This document shows, one piece after another, positions 21,257 through 31,750 of a stretch of 64,000 nucleotides of DNA (the first letter of the stretch is position 1; every line of letters starts with the position of its first letter). Under the pieces are notes generated by a model. That model was not told where the DNA came from, ran no database searches, and worked only from the letters and a program-made list of their open reading frames with translations. The DNA is from an uncultured Chroococcidiopsis sp. (GTDB taxonomy: Bacteria; Cyanobacteriota; Cyanobacteriia; Cyanobacteriales; Chroococcidiopsidaceae), in NCBI GenBank assembly GCA_964248365.1, contig CAXTYC010000021.1, forward strand, positions 1 to 64,000, in the 5' to 3' direction. The position numbers and the translations under genes are program-made.

Positions 21257-23164
21257 CTACTTATACACTCGAAAATCGTGAATCGACCACCAATTATCAG
21301 CGTCCTGTTTATTCACAACTCGGATGTAACGACCGCTAACAGGGGAAGCAAAGTTGACTCTTATAATAGGAGATCCTAAACCTTGGAAAACAGGTTTGCC
21401 AAATTTATTCGGATCATTACCTACATAGACTTCAAACCGACGCGGATGATCCTGTGCTGACGAACCAGCACTGATTAAGATTGTCTTGAAGTTCTGCGGC
21501 GATCGCATATCTACCTCAAACCAATCTCCGTTTTTGATGCTGCTTCCAGAGGTATAGCGTGTTTTTGAATCGCGATCAATCGCCTTATCTTCCCATTCCG
21601 CATTCCAGCCGCTTTTCTTACTAGCTGAAGCTGTCCAATTGCTAGAATTCAATTGAGTTTTACCGTCAACAGGTGTTTTGAAAGTACCAGGACGATAAAC
21701 TAAAAACTCTGCGATCGCCCAACTAACATCTTTATCTTTTGCAAACTTTTGCGGTACAATTGTAATGTATCTGGCTTTTTGAGTCGGGAATGACACCCGC
21801 ATATTAGCCATTGCATTATTTTTTACGTTTGCAACCTGTTTTCCCTGAGATTTAGGTGAGTCAGATACAAATACTTTGTAGCTGCGAAGAAAACTGCTAT
21901 TCGCCTTGCGGGAATCCATCAAAATCTGATTAAATGACTGCTTTGAACCGAGATCGATTCGCAGCCAATCTGAAGTAGTTGGGTTTGGGATGTTAAACTG
22001 TGTGCTTGGAATGTTGTCAATTGCTAAAGCAGCATTTCCCTTTGTACTACTTGCATTCCAAGCGAAACGATTGAGAGGAATTCCCATTTTGGGTTCAGGA
22101 AGATTGTGGGTATCATCCCAAACTTTCTCCCCTAGCCATGTTAAGTTTGTGGGACGACTACCATTGGTTTTATTCACACCATCACCACTAGAGCCACCCC
22201 AAGGAGCAGTAGTAAGGGCATTATTATCCCATGACCAATAATGCCACACCAACCTACCAATTGGGCGTTTTTTTCCTACCTCTAAAACATTGCTTGTCGC
22301 TTCAGTTACATCAATGTCACCGAAAGAGTTACCCGTAGTTGCAGCATATTCACCGATAATCATTGCTAGACCTTGTTTACGAACCCGATCCACAAAGTTA
22401 TAAAGTTTATCTACATTCCAAGTCCAATTTACATAAGTATGAAGGCTAAATACAGTTCTTTTTAGTGGATCAGCCTTGAGAAGTTGCTGTCCGTATGTTA
22501 GAAAAGCACTGCTTGATTTATCGATCAAATTTGCTTTTGTAGTGCCGTTACCATCTTCGCTAGCAAAATTATAACCATCAACGACAATGATATTTTTTGC
22601 ACCTTGTTTTCTTATATCTTGAATAAGAAGCTTGTGCATATCTAACCAATACTTCTCTACTGTATTTCCGCCGCCTGGTTCGTTCATGATATTGAACCAC
22701 ACGTAAGGATTTTTCTTATAGCGAGAAGCAATCTTACGCCAAAACTGTCGCAGATCATTTATTGACGGCGAGGAAGTCTCTGTATAAAAACTTCCTGAAT
22801 GATCGTGACACTCAAGAATAATAACTGTCTTCGGACCATTAGTATTGCTAGTATAAGCCTTGATGTATTTATCAACTAGGGCATCAGAGGCATACCAATT
22901 ATTATCCCCAGATTTGAGAACTAATGCCAAGCGAACAGCATTAAATTTCCAAATGTTTTTTATATAATTGACGTGGTTAGCTGTAGACTGGTCAGACCAA
23001 ATACCGATATTTGTTCCTTTGATGAGAAAATCACGACCGTTTGGAGCTTTAATTTTAGAGCCTGAAACAGTAAATTCCTGTGCGTAACTTGGCTGAGAAT
23101 ATGCTGTGAAGATAGGAAGCAGGAATGTTAAGGCTAGTATAAGTTTAATAAAGTTTTTTTTCAT
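21257..23164 (-). CDS. Secreted GH5 glycoside hydrolase with two F5/8 type C (CBM32/discoidin) domains
   Basis: Signal peptide, GH5 NEP (WFNIMNEP) and IIGEY catalytic motifs, two repeats of W.ASAS...AID...T...W..IDL...(W)SI.EF. Confidence 0.85.
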   Translation of the reverse strand: MKKNFIKLILALTFLLPIFTAYSQPSYAQEFTVSGSKIKAPNGRDFLIKGTNIGIWSDQSTANHVNYIKNIWKFNAVRLALVLKSGDNNWYASDALVDKYIKAYTSNTNGPKTVIILECHDHSGSFYTETSSPSINDLRQFWRKIASRYKKNPYVWFNIMNEPGGGNTVEKYWLDMHKLLIQDIRKQGAKNIIVVDGYNFASEDGNGTTKANLIDKSSSAFLTYGQQLLKADPLKRTVFSLHTYVNWTWNVDKLYNFVDRVRKQGLAMIIGEYAATTGNSFGDIDVTEATSNVLEVGKKRPIGRLVWHYWSWDNNALTTAPWGGSSGDGVNKTNGSRPTNLTWLGEKVWDDTHNLPEPKMGIPLNRFAWNASSTKGNAALAIDNIPSTQFNIPNPTTSDWLRIDLGSKQSFNQILMDSRKANSSFLRSYKVFVSDSPKSQGKQVANVKNNAMANMRVSFPTQKARYITIVPQKFAKDKDVSWAIAEFLVYRPGTFKTPVDGKTQLNSSNWTASASKKSGWNAEWEDKAIDRDSKTRYTSGSSIKNGDWFEVDMRSPQNFKTILISAGSSAQDHPRRFEVYVGNDPNKFGKPVFQGLGSPIIRVNFASPVSGRYIRVVNKQDADNWWSIHDFRVYK

Positions 23165-23353
23165 GGTGTTTCGTATACACTAGATCGTAAATGATGGCAA
23201 TTCTGCTTTAATATAAGGCGATCGCCATCATTTAATAAACTTTCGTGGTTTTGTATGTATATCTAGTCGTTAAATTCCGATTTTAGATTTAAATCTCAAT
23301 CACACTTTAAAAATATTAATCAAACTACACAAATACCTTGTAGTTATTCATAG

Positions 23354-24916
23354 CTACTTGCTATATACCAACATCCGAAATGCAAGTACCCAACAGACAA
23401 TGCTTGCTAAAACAATCAGTACCCATAACAATTTTAGCAAAGCAGCAATCTGACCGAAGCGTTTTTCAGCAAGCCAAGCCCAGAAATTCCAACGAACTGC
23501 GTCTTGTAAAGCACTAGGTAATCCTTTTGAAGTATTGACTACCTCAAATTTTACAGGCTCACCTGTAGCCAGTTTGGAGAAAAAATTTGCATAGCGTAAC
23601 CGAACTTGACCTAAAGCTCCTGTTGGGCTACCATTACGAGATTTACTTATTGCATTACTGATTGCAGCCTGATATCTTTCCAAATTGTTGACTAAAGCAA
23701 TAGATGGAATTTGCAACAGAAAAAGAATGAAACCACATCCCAAGCCAAGTAACTTATATCTCGTTGTAGATAATCCTTTATAAAAGTTGGTTTTAATATA
23801 TATTAAAGTTGCCGTTCCAAAGGTTAAACAAAACAGCGGTACTAAATGTACTTGAAAACGAGCGCCATAAGTATCGTCGCCTGCCCAACTAATCCACTTA
23901 CAATAAATTAAAATTGAGGATGTAAATAAAAATAAACCCAAGATTGAGAATAATTTTAACTCCTGCTTTAAATGCTTCCAAGCAAAACAAGTGAAGATAA
24001 AACACGGTAACAGCCAAGGATTTGTCCAGATTATACCTTTATCCATTCCAATTATTGGTTCAACAATTCCGTTAACCCAATAGCCACTAAAAGATTCCTC
24101 TGCCAAATAGCCAGTTCTGAAAGGACTCCCTGTTCTAAAAAGATTGTAAGCTGCAACAATAGCGATCGCGCAAATATTTGTAATAGCAAAAGGAATTAAA
24201 ATTCGTATGTAACTAACCTGTTTCGGTTGTGTAATTTTTTTAGATAAATTTTCGTAAATGTACAAACCTGCTACTCCCAAAGGAATTGGCAACGCAGTAG
24301 GTCGAAATATAAGCGTAGCAGCGGCACAAATAGCAGAAATCCAAACATATTTGTTATTTCTATTGGATTTCCAACACAAAAAGTTATACAACGAATAAAG
24401 CAGAAGCATTGAAAGTTGAATTTCTTCTTGACCCTGCTTAGCCATTTGCCAGAATGTGCTACCAAAAATAGCAACAAATGATATAAAATAAGCAGTAAAT
24501 TTATCAAACTTTAATTTTGTAAGTATTTTTAAGCATAGCCAAAAATTGATAGCAAGGCTCAGCCAAAATACTGGAACAGACAAGATAAAATAATAAATTC
24601 GTTCTTTTAACTCAGACTTCAGGGGGAGGTTTTGTGTAAGTACAGTAGCTATAGCATCAAAAGGAAGAAAGAATATTGTTTGACCAATGCCAAATTTAGA
24701 AGTATAAGAGCCTTTTTGATCGCGGTAAGTTGACCCATTTCCGTCTTCACCAAATGACTCAACTACAAGCCTTCTTTCCGTGACAAGTTGATGTGCTACT
24801 CGCGCTCTATCTTGGGCATCAACTAGGTCTAATAAGCCCGATGCAGACCACAATGATGTTAATAGAATTGCTAAAAAGATAATTGAAGTAAGCTTTTTTT
24901 GTTTTTTGTTACTCAC
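23354..24916 (-). CDS. Polytopic membrane protein, probable GT-C-fold glycosyltransferase
   Basis: About 11-13 TM segments, acidic D after TM1, EE motif, W.G...YGARF; AT-rich. Confidence 0.55.
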   Translation of the reverse strand: MSNKKQKKLTSIIFLAILLTSLWSASGLLDLVDAQDRARVAHQLVTERRLVVESFGEDGNGSTYRDQKGSYTSKFGIGQTIFFLPFDAIATVLTQNLPLKSELKERIYYFILSVPVFWLSLAINFWLCLKILTKLKFDKFTAYFISFVAIFGSTFWQMAKQGQEEIQLSMLLLYSLYNFLCWKSNRNNKYVWISAICAAATLIFRPTALPIPLGVAGLYIYENLSKKITQPKQVSYIRILIPFAITNICAIAIVAAYNLFRTGSPFRTGYLAEESFSGYWVNGIVEPIIGMDKGIIWTNPWLLPCFIFTCFAWKHLKQELKLFSILGLFLFTSSILIYCKWISWAGDDTYGARFQVHLVPLFCLTFGTATLIYIKTNFYKGLSTTRYKLLGLGCGFILFLLQIPSIALVNNLERYQAAISNAISKSRNGSPTGALGQVRLRYANFFSKLATGEPVKFEVVNTSKGLPSALQDAVRWNFWAWLAEKRFGQIAALLKLLWVLIVLASIVCWVLAFRMLVYSK

Positions 24917-24970
24917 TTATTTTTTCTCTTAAGTATGTGATACCATTTTGTCAAAAATATGCAACACAAA

Positions 24971-25020
24971 GTAGGGTGGGCAATGCCCACCGTCAATAAT
25001 TTGGTGGGCGCCCACCCTAC
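24971..25020. repeat. GGTGGGCA[A/T]TGCCCACC REP-like palindrome family
   Basis: GTAGGGTGGGCAATGCCCACC...GCCCACCCTAC; related copies near 17343, 18763, 21009-21059, 27120-27168 and 52521. Confidence 0.75.
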
Positions 25021-25067
25021 TGCAAGATGTCTATTGAAGTTCTAACTATGTGAGAACCATTTGAAGA

Positions 25068-26945
25068 TCAAAGATTCTGCTTCAGTGAACTTTGATTATT
25101 AGAGGCAAAAGAGTACAATTTATGCCCAGTGAAACTGAGCAGAGCAACACAAGCAGCACTCACTAAACGGGCAGTGGTTGCATCCCAGTGCAAATCATTG
25201 ATCAGTAGTTGCAATAGTCCTAAATTAGCAAGTAAGCTGTTGAGAGCAACTGTTGTGAAAACAGCATATTGAGTTAGCCAGTTATTCCAGTAAACACCGA
25301 ACACAAAGCGGCGAGACAGCACAAAGTTGGTAGTTAAGCCCATAAAATAGCTGATGCACAGGGCTGAAACATACCACAAGCCCGATCGCGTTAAAATTGA
25401 GAAAACCATAACATCTACAATCGTAGCAGCGCCACCTGTGAACAGATAGCTAACAAACTGTTGAAATGCTGCGGCTGTCTGTTGTCGCCGAGAGACTCTA
25501 GCTGGTTTAGCAGCAGTAGTCTTGTCATTAGCACTGGCTTCTTCGTGATACTCACTATCAGAATTAACTGTCCATAGATCGTGCTTACCAGGTTCAAGCA
25601 CATTCTCAGCAGCTAGAATTCCCATTAATAAGCTGTGATCCTGGTTGTTGTATTTAAACGCACCGTATCGCCCTACTAGTTGCAGATTGGCAAATTGCTT
25701 TAGATAGCTTTGAATGTCTGCTAAAGCAGTTTTATAGTTACCTGCATAAATTGGGTAGGTACGCGGTAAGCGGACAACAAATCCTCCAGAAACCCTTTCG
25801 TTATGCAGTAGTCCAATTTTTCGCAGTTCTTGTTCTGCCCCAGCAATCAGTTCGGCTTCTGGCTGTTGCCACATCGGTTCACCGAAGTTGCACCAATATT
25901 CACAACACAAAGGCGTTTGATGTTGGTTTGGTAGCAGATCTGGCGACCAGTTAGCAAAGTTTGTGACTCGCCCGAACTGCACAGTCGGATCATTAATGTA
26001 AAGCCAATTATCAGGAAATAAGTTTCTTCCTTCGACGATTAAATACACCAAAATGGTGTTGCGAAACTTTAAAGATTTAGCAGATTCTATCACCTGAATA
26101 GGCGGTGGTGAGGTAATTTGCTGCACCAGCAAACTAATCGGAATTGAAGAAATTACACCGCTACAATTAACGGTATATTCTTCTCCTGTTTGGCGATTTC
26201 TCAGGGTTACATGAGTAACTTGAAAGTTGTCGTGATGTATTTGCACCACTTCTGTATTCACCAGAACTGGCTGATTATGTTCGTGCAGATAGTCAGCGAT
26301 TTTTTCATACAATTGCCCTGAACCAAGTCGGGGGAATTGAAATTGATCGATCAGTGTCTTGACTTTGCCATCGTTACCCAAAAGTGCGTTTTTTGCTGCT
26401 TTCAACAATGACAAGCCTTTAATTCTTTGTGCCGCCCAATCTGCACTAATTTCTGTGCAAGGAATGCCCCACAGCTTTTCTGTATAACCCTCAAAAAATA
26501 TTTCAAATAACCGCTTGCCAAATTTACCTTTTACCCACTCGGCAAAGTTGCGGGGATTGCGAAGAGGAAATAATTGCGCTTTGATGTAAGAAGCTATAAT
26601 TTTAGCGCTCTCAATTGGACCTACAGCGCGTAGCACTTCTGTTGCTTTGAGCGGATAGCCGAAGTATTTACCGCCATAGTAAATTCGTGTCAGACGGTTA
26701 ACTGTGACTTGATCGTCACCAAGTACTTCATCCCAAAGTTTGAGTACAGGTGCAATTTTGGTGAAAAAGCGGTGAGGTCCAAAATCGAGGATAAAATCTT
26801 GGTACTCAATGCTTTTGGCTAATCCACCTACTCTAGAATCTCTTTCTACAACTACAACTGATTTCCCTTGCTTTGTGAGTTGATAAGCGGCTGCTAACCC
26901 AGCTGGTCCTGCACCCAAAATATATAGTGGGCTAGTTTTGTTCAT
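25068..26945 (-). CDS. FAD-dependent oxidoreductase fused to a C-terminal GtrA-like domain
   Basis: GAGPAGLAAA...VERDSRVGG, DFGPHRFF, YTEKLWG, GRYGAFKYNNQDHS; C-terminal four-TM GtrA-like region. Confidence 0.85.
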   Translation of the reverse strand: MNKTSPLYILGAGPAGLAAAYQLTKQGKSVVVVERDSRVGGLAKSIEYQDFILDFGPHRFFTKIAPVLKLWDEVLGDDQVTVNRLTRIYYGGKYFGYPLKATEVLRAVGPIESAKIIASYIKAQLFPLRNPRNFAEWVKGKFGKRLFEIFFEGYTEKLWGIPCTEISADWAAQRIKGLSLLKAAKNALLGNDGKVKTLIDQFQFPRLGSGQLYEKIADYLHEHNQPVLVNTEVVQIHHDNFQVTHVTLRNRQTGEEYTVNCSGVISSIPISLLVQQITSPPPIQVIESAKSLKFRNTILVYLIVEGRNLFPDNWLYINDPTVQFGRVTNFANWSPDLLPNQHQTPLCCEYWCNFGEPMWQQPEAELIAGAEQELRKIGLLHNERVSGGFVVRLPRTYPIYAGNYKTALADIQSYLKQFANLQLVGRYGAFKYNNQDHSLLMGILAAENVLEPGKHDLWTVNSDSEYHEEASANDKTTAAKPARVSRRQQTAAAFQQFVSYLFTGGAATIVDVMVFSILTRSGLWYVSALCISYFMGLTTNFVLSRRFVFGVYWNNWLTQYAVFTTVALNSLLANLGLLQLLINDLHWDATTARLVSAACVALLSFTGHKLYSFASNNQSSLKQNL

Positions 26946-27171
26946 AGCTATAGCTAAAATTTTAAAATTTGCCTTAACAATATCCCACCCCTTTGGGATG
27001 TGACTGTCACATCAGTATATTTTCGTATAAACTTCATCAAAATTCAAACTATATGAAGTTTATATGAATTTGGATTGTGTCATACCATTTCGCTGTTAAA
27101 GCACATTAAATCAGCCGCGTTTGCCACCCATGCCCACCAAATTATTGATGGTGGGCATGGGTGGCAAACTT

Positions 27172-30060
27172 TCATCGTTCAGCCACTGGTGGCGATTCTC
27201 GCTTTAAGACAACGCGATCGCCGTAATTTAACAGCCTTTCTAGAGTAGCAAGCCGATTTTGCCACATTTGGACTTGATAGGGATTTTCCAGCGCCTGCGA
27301 TCGCATCCAAATTTGAAATCCTGACTGGAATTTATTCAGCGCAGATCTTGCCACTGTCATATTACCAGGAGAAGGTGATTTAGACAACCCATTTAAGGCG
27401 CTTTCGAGATCTTTTGCCTGGGTATTAAAGGCAGAAAGATCTCTCCCCCTAAGCCAAAGTTGGTTATTTGATAGCAGAAAATTCCATTCCTGTTGTAAGG
27501 TAGCGTAACGAACAGCAGCAGTTTGGAACGGCTGACGGTAAGGAACGAGCGCAGATGGTCTACTGTTAGTAGTGCTTTGGGTGTTATGGAAGATCTTTTG
27601 TAGTTCGTCGCTGAGATTTTCAACGGCGAATAAAGAGTAACCGCTGACAGGCAAATCTCTTACTAGCTGGATTTGATCGAAAGCCTCTAGTGTAGGCAAG
27701 TTGAGCAGGCGAATTCCTGGCAAAATCAAAGCCGAGCCTAATTTAGTTGAGGTGATCCAAGGTTGGGCAAGGCGTTGAAAGCGATAGGTATCCTTTGCAT
27801 AAGTCATGGGGACGACTAAATCGATGTCACCGCGATTTGCCCAAACTTCCCAGTGTTGTTGCAATTTTTGAATGCGATCGTGTTCCGACAGGGGAAAAAC
27901 GGCAACAGACATAATCAGATTGGGGCGCTTTTGGCGTAACCTTTGGGATGCTTCCGCGACAAAGCTATCAATTTGGCTAGTGCGAAAATCTGTCCACTTT
28001 TGCCACAGATCGCGATCGCTTGCTTTAATAGTGGTTGGATCTACTCCTGTCAGTTGTTGAAACTGTTGCCTTGCCGCTATACCATAACCGTAGGTACGAT
28101 CAGCCCCAGGATCTTGAAAAGGATAGCGAATATAGTCTAATTGCAGTCCATCGACTTGATAGCGACTGACAATTTCCTCATATAGTTGTAGTAAATACTG
28201 ACGGGCTGCTCTATTCGCCGGATCTAAAAATGGCTTGCCTTGACCTGGCGGAAACAAGCTACCACGATTATCATAACTAGCCCAGTCAGGATGAGCAGTA
28301 ATTACTGGTCCTGGGTAATCAGCTGGCGCATTTATGAGGGGATTATGACGCTTATTGCCAACAGCAAAAGTCCAAACCCAGGCGTGTAACTCCATACCCC
28401 GCTCATGAGCTAACTTTACGCCGCTAGCCAGCGGGTCCCAACCTCTAACTAAAGGGTTGAGCTGTACTGCTACTTGACTAGGATAGATGGGAAAACCAGC
28501 ATTAACTGTTTCAAAAAAGACAGTATTAATTCCTGCTGCTGCTAGACGGTCAAAAATCTTTGCTAGTCCTTGCTCTGAGCCAGCACGAACAATGCTACCT
28601 CGGTCTAACCACATTGCCCGAATTTCTGGCTGAGCCATATTCCGATCAGTTGGATATTGTTGCCATAAAAGTTGCTGTGCTTTGAGCCACTGTTGTCGAG
28701 CTGAAGTATAGTCCTTTTGGGCAATCAACTGGGGCAGAGCTTTAGCAATTTCTTTTGCCTGTGCTACAGCTTGTTCTGGAGTGAGACTTGAGAACTGAGG
28801 ACTAAGTGAAGCATTAATTTTCTCTCCCTCTGTTCCTTTTTCCCCCTCGCCTCCTCTAACTAAGGCAGCTAGTTGGGCGCTTTCTAATCGACCGATGAGC
28901 TTTTCTAGCTCTTGTTTGAGGGCGATCGCTTGTACTCCTACCAGCGGTTCTGTGGAATTGGGAGCAATTTGTAAACCTGGAGGTACTATGCGTTCGATTG
29001 GCTCGTCGGCGGGAGGTGAAGAGGCTGAGGGAGCTGGGGGAGCTGGGGGAGATGGGGGAGCTGAGGGAGCTGGGGGAGTTGAGGGAGTTGGGGAAGAATT
29101 GCTAGTTTGTAATTCTCCTGACGTGGGGCTTCTGGCTTCTGACTCCTGACTTTTGGCTCTTGACTGCTGACTTGTGGCGTGGGACGTGGGAGCAGTTGCC
29201 ATACCATTACAGTTTTTGGGTGATTCAGTTGTTGTGCTTGCTGGCAGTTGAATATACTGACTGAGTGCTGCTCGTAACCAAGCGTTATCAAACGAGACAG
29301 GTGCTACTGTATTTATTCCCCAACGCCAACCCAAAACTGTTGACCTTTCGGTTGTTATGACTGCCGCTTGGTTTTCTGTAGGCTGCCAAACCGCAGCGGG
29401 TTTACTATTCATTCCGGTTGGAATTATTACGCCCCCTGCTATCATTGCGCCGCCACCTGCCCCGCGTACCCATTGCTGAGCATTGGTACGTAGTGGTTGT
29501 AAGTTAGTAGGAGTCGTAAGAGAAAATCCCCAGTAAGCTCCCAAAAGAGAGCCTAACAGCTGACGTACTCCCGGCTGGCTCATATTGCCCACCGGACCAC
29601 TGGCAATTACCCTTCCGCCCCGACTCATCCACTCTTCTAGGGCGATCGCTTGTGCTGGTGTGACTTTCTCTACATTGGGCAAAAATACCACTGGGCGATC
29701 GCCTAGATCAGTTGCACTCGTCACAGTAGGCAGATCGATCACACAATAAGCTACCCCAGCTGTCTGTAAGCGTGATGTAATCTCTGTCCATTGCGCGGCA
29801 TTTTCCTCACTCTTGACTACTCCTAAAACCGCTGGATCTGCCCCTTGTGCTGGGAGTAGGACTAAACAAGAGGCGAGGGGCAATAGGCTTGAAACGATTT
29901 GCAAGTGTGCGCGAGAAGACACTCGACAATTGGAAAGTGAAACCGAATAATCCTTCCTTTTCCCCTTTACCGAGTCCCTTTTCCCTACCCCAGGCTTAGC
30001 CTGTACCAGTGTTGCTAGTAGAGATGAAAAATTAAATTTATTACGCATTACTATATACAA
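27172..30060 (-). CDS. Glycoside hydrolase family 10-like (GHL10/DUF187) protein
   Basis: EIRAMWLD, GINTVFFET, AHERGMELHAW, DGLQLDYIRYP; start uncertain. Confidence 0.85.
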   Translation of the reverse strand: MYIVMRNKFNFSSLLATLVQAKPGVGKRDSVKGKRKDYSVSLSNCRVSSRAHLQIVSSLLPLASCLVLLPAQGADPAVLGVVKSEENAAQWTEITSRLQTAGVAYCVIDLPTVTSATDLGDRPVVFLPNVEKVTPAQAIALEEWMSRGGRVIASGPVGNMSQPGVRQLLGSLLGAYWGFSLTTPTNLQPLRTNAQQWVRGAGGGAMIAGGVIIPTGMNSKPAAVWQPTENQAAVITTERSTVLGWRWGINTVAPVSFDNAWLRAALSQYIQLPASTTTESPKNCNGMATAPTSHATSQQSRAKSQESEARSPTSGELQTSNSSPTPSTPPAPSAPPSPPAPPAPSASSPPADEPIERIVPPGLQIAPNSTEPLVGVQAIALKQELEKLIGRLESAQLAALVRGGEGEKGTEGEKINASLSPQFSSLTPEQAVAQAKEIAKALPQLIAQKDYTSARQQWLKAQQLLWQQYPTDRNMAQPEIRAMWLDRGSIVRAGSEQGLAKIFDRLAAAGINTVFFETVNAGFPIYPSQVAVQLNPLVRGWDPLASGVKLAHERGMELHAWVWTFAVGNKRHNPLINAPADYPGPVITAHPDWASYDNRGSLFPPGQGKPFLDPANRAARQYLLQLYEEIVSRYQVDGLQLDYIRYPFQDPGADRTYGYGIAARQQFQQLTGVDPTTIKASDRDLWQKWTDFRTSQIDSFVAEASQRLRQKRPNLIMSVAVFPLSEHDRIQKLQQHWEVWANRGDIDLVVPMTYAKDTYRFQRLAQPWITSTKLGSALILPGIRLLNLPTLEAFDQIQLVRDLPVSGYSLFAVENLSDELQKIFHNTQSTTNSRPSALVPYRQPFQTAAVRYATLQQEWNFLLSNNQLWLRGRDLSAFNTQAKDLESALNGLSKSPSPGNMTVARSALNKFQSGFQIWMRSQALENPYQVQMWQNRLATLERLLNYGDRVVLKRESPPVAER

Positions 30061-31373
30061 GCCTCAATTAGCTCTTCAACTGAGCGGACTGGGATAATTG
30101 TTGTATCTAGTTTATGAGCTAATTCTTCTACTGTCATGTCATCAAGAAAACAAGAATCCCCAAGGCGTAGCATCACACCTGGCAACAAAATAGCATTGCC
30201 CAATTCCTTGCCTTGTAATTTTTCTAGCAAATCACAACCTGTCAGCAATCCAGTTACGCTGATCTCCTGACCCCAGTAATTACTACTTAGCGCCTCCATA
30301 TTTACACGTAGACCCCTAACTTGATTCAACTGGTGCAGTATGGGCGCAAATGCTTTTTCCACAGCATTGCCTACTACCCAAGTAAATTGTCGTGGCGGCT
30401 CAACTTGTTGCGGAAGACGTGAGGCGGCGGCAGCAAATTGTTTGAGGAAAGAGCGAATAGAACCTACACCATTGTCAATTTGGGGATAGTCTTCATAGTG
30501 AGATTCGGCAGGTAATTCCTCGCCTGCAATCAAAAACCATTCATCCGCTAGCCAAGCAAAATTAGAACCTAACGCCACGCGAAATTTGTTTTGGAGAGCT
30601 TGAACTTGGGATATTACTTCAACTGCTTTGTCTGGGTTGACTGGGGTTAATTCATCCTTCGATGGGCGAAATCTTGTCAAGCCTACTGGTACGACTGCAA
30701 CAGAAGACAGGGCGGGTATTTCCCCTCGATGAAATTGCGCTAAATCGAGCAAGGTACGTTCGAGATGCACACCATCGTTAATCCCAGGACAAACAACAAC
30801 CTGAGCATGAATTTGTAACCGTCGCTCCTCAAACCACCTAATTTGTGACAAAATTTCACCAGCGCGAGGATTTTTCAATAGCCGAGTTCGTATCTCTGGC
30901 TCGGTAGCATGAACAGAAACGTATAAGGGAGATAGCCGCAGCTGCTCAATTCGCTTCCATTCGCGTTGGGTAAGATTTGTCAGAGTTAGGTAAGAGCCAT
31001 AAAGAAAGCTCAGACGATAGTCGTCGTCTTTCAGGTACAAACTTTGTCGTTTACCAGGTGGCTGCTGATCAATGAAGCAAAAAGGGCAGCGATTATTACA
31101 TTGAATCAAGCCGTCAAATAAAGCGGTTTCAAATTCTAGCCCTAGATCTTCGTCGTAGTCTTTTTCTATTTCAAGCCGATGAGTTTTACCTGCTGCGTCT
31201 AAAACTTCTAGTTGCAGCACTTCATCAGCGCACAAGAACTGATAATCTATCAAGTCACGGGGTTGGCTGCCGTTAATCGCTACGATCGCATCGCCTGGTT
31301 CAAATCCAATCTCAGCTGCAATTGAATCAGGCAATACATTAGAAATTTTCGCAGGACGAATTGCTTCACTCAT
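30051..31373 (-). CDS. TIGR03279-type radical SAM-like protein with N-terminal PDZ
   Basis: PDZ-like start, CNNRCPFCFIDQ, LYLKDDDYRLSFLYGSY. Confidence 0.88.
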   Translation of the reverse strand: MSEAIRPAKISNVLPDSIAAEIGFEPGDAIVAINGSQPRDLIDYQFLCADEVLQLEVLDAAGKTHRLEIEKDYDEDLGLEFETALFDGLIQCNNRCPFCFIDQQPPGKRQSLYLKDDDYRLSFLYGSYLTLTNLTQREWKRIEQLRLSPLYVSVHATEPEIRTRLLKNPRAGEILSQIRWFEERRLQIHAQVVVCPGINDGVHLERTLLDLAQFHRGEIPALSSVAVVPVGLTRFRPSKDELTPVNPDKAVEVISQVQALQNKFRVALGSNFAWLADEWFLIAGEELPAESHYEDYPQIDNGVGSIRSFLKQFAAAASRLPQQVEPPRQFTWVVGNAVEKAFAPILHQLNQVRGLRVNMEALSSNYWGQEISVTGLLTGCDLLEKLQGKELGNAILLPGVMLRLGDSCFLDDMTVEELAHKLDTTIIPVRSVEELIEACI

Positions 31374-31750
31374 AAGTTGGCGTTTAGGCAGTCGAGCTAT
31401 AGCTATCTGCTTTTAAAATTTTCGCCCTTCCAAGCAACTACTGTCCACCAATTGGGTGAATTACAAGCTAGGGGTGAGGGGCTAGAAAAAGAGGTATTGC
31501 GGTAAAGAGGTATTGCGGTAAACTTATATCTTGCACCATCGCTCTCGACCGCAAGGAAATTAATTTCCACAGCAAGTAACTCAAGTCCATTAAAATGGAC
31601 CCGATGCCGCGAGCAATCCTCTTGAGAGGATTTGGGCTATTAGCTTTGGAATTTGAATTCAAAAGCGGGTGAACAGGCAGGTGCAATATGTGAGTAAAGG
31701 TAATTTCTCCCCAGCTCCCGTTTGCTCCCCTACTTCCTACTCCTTACTTA

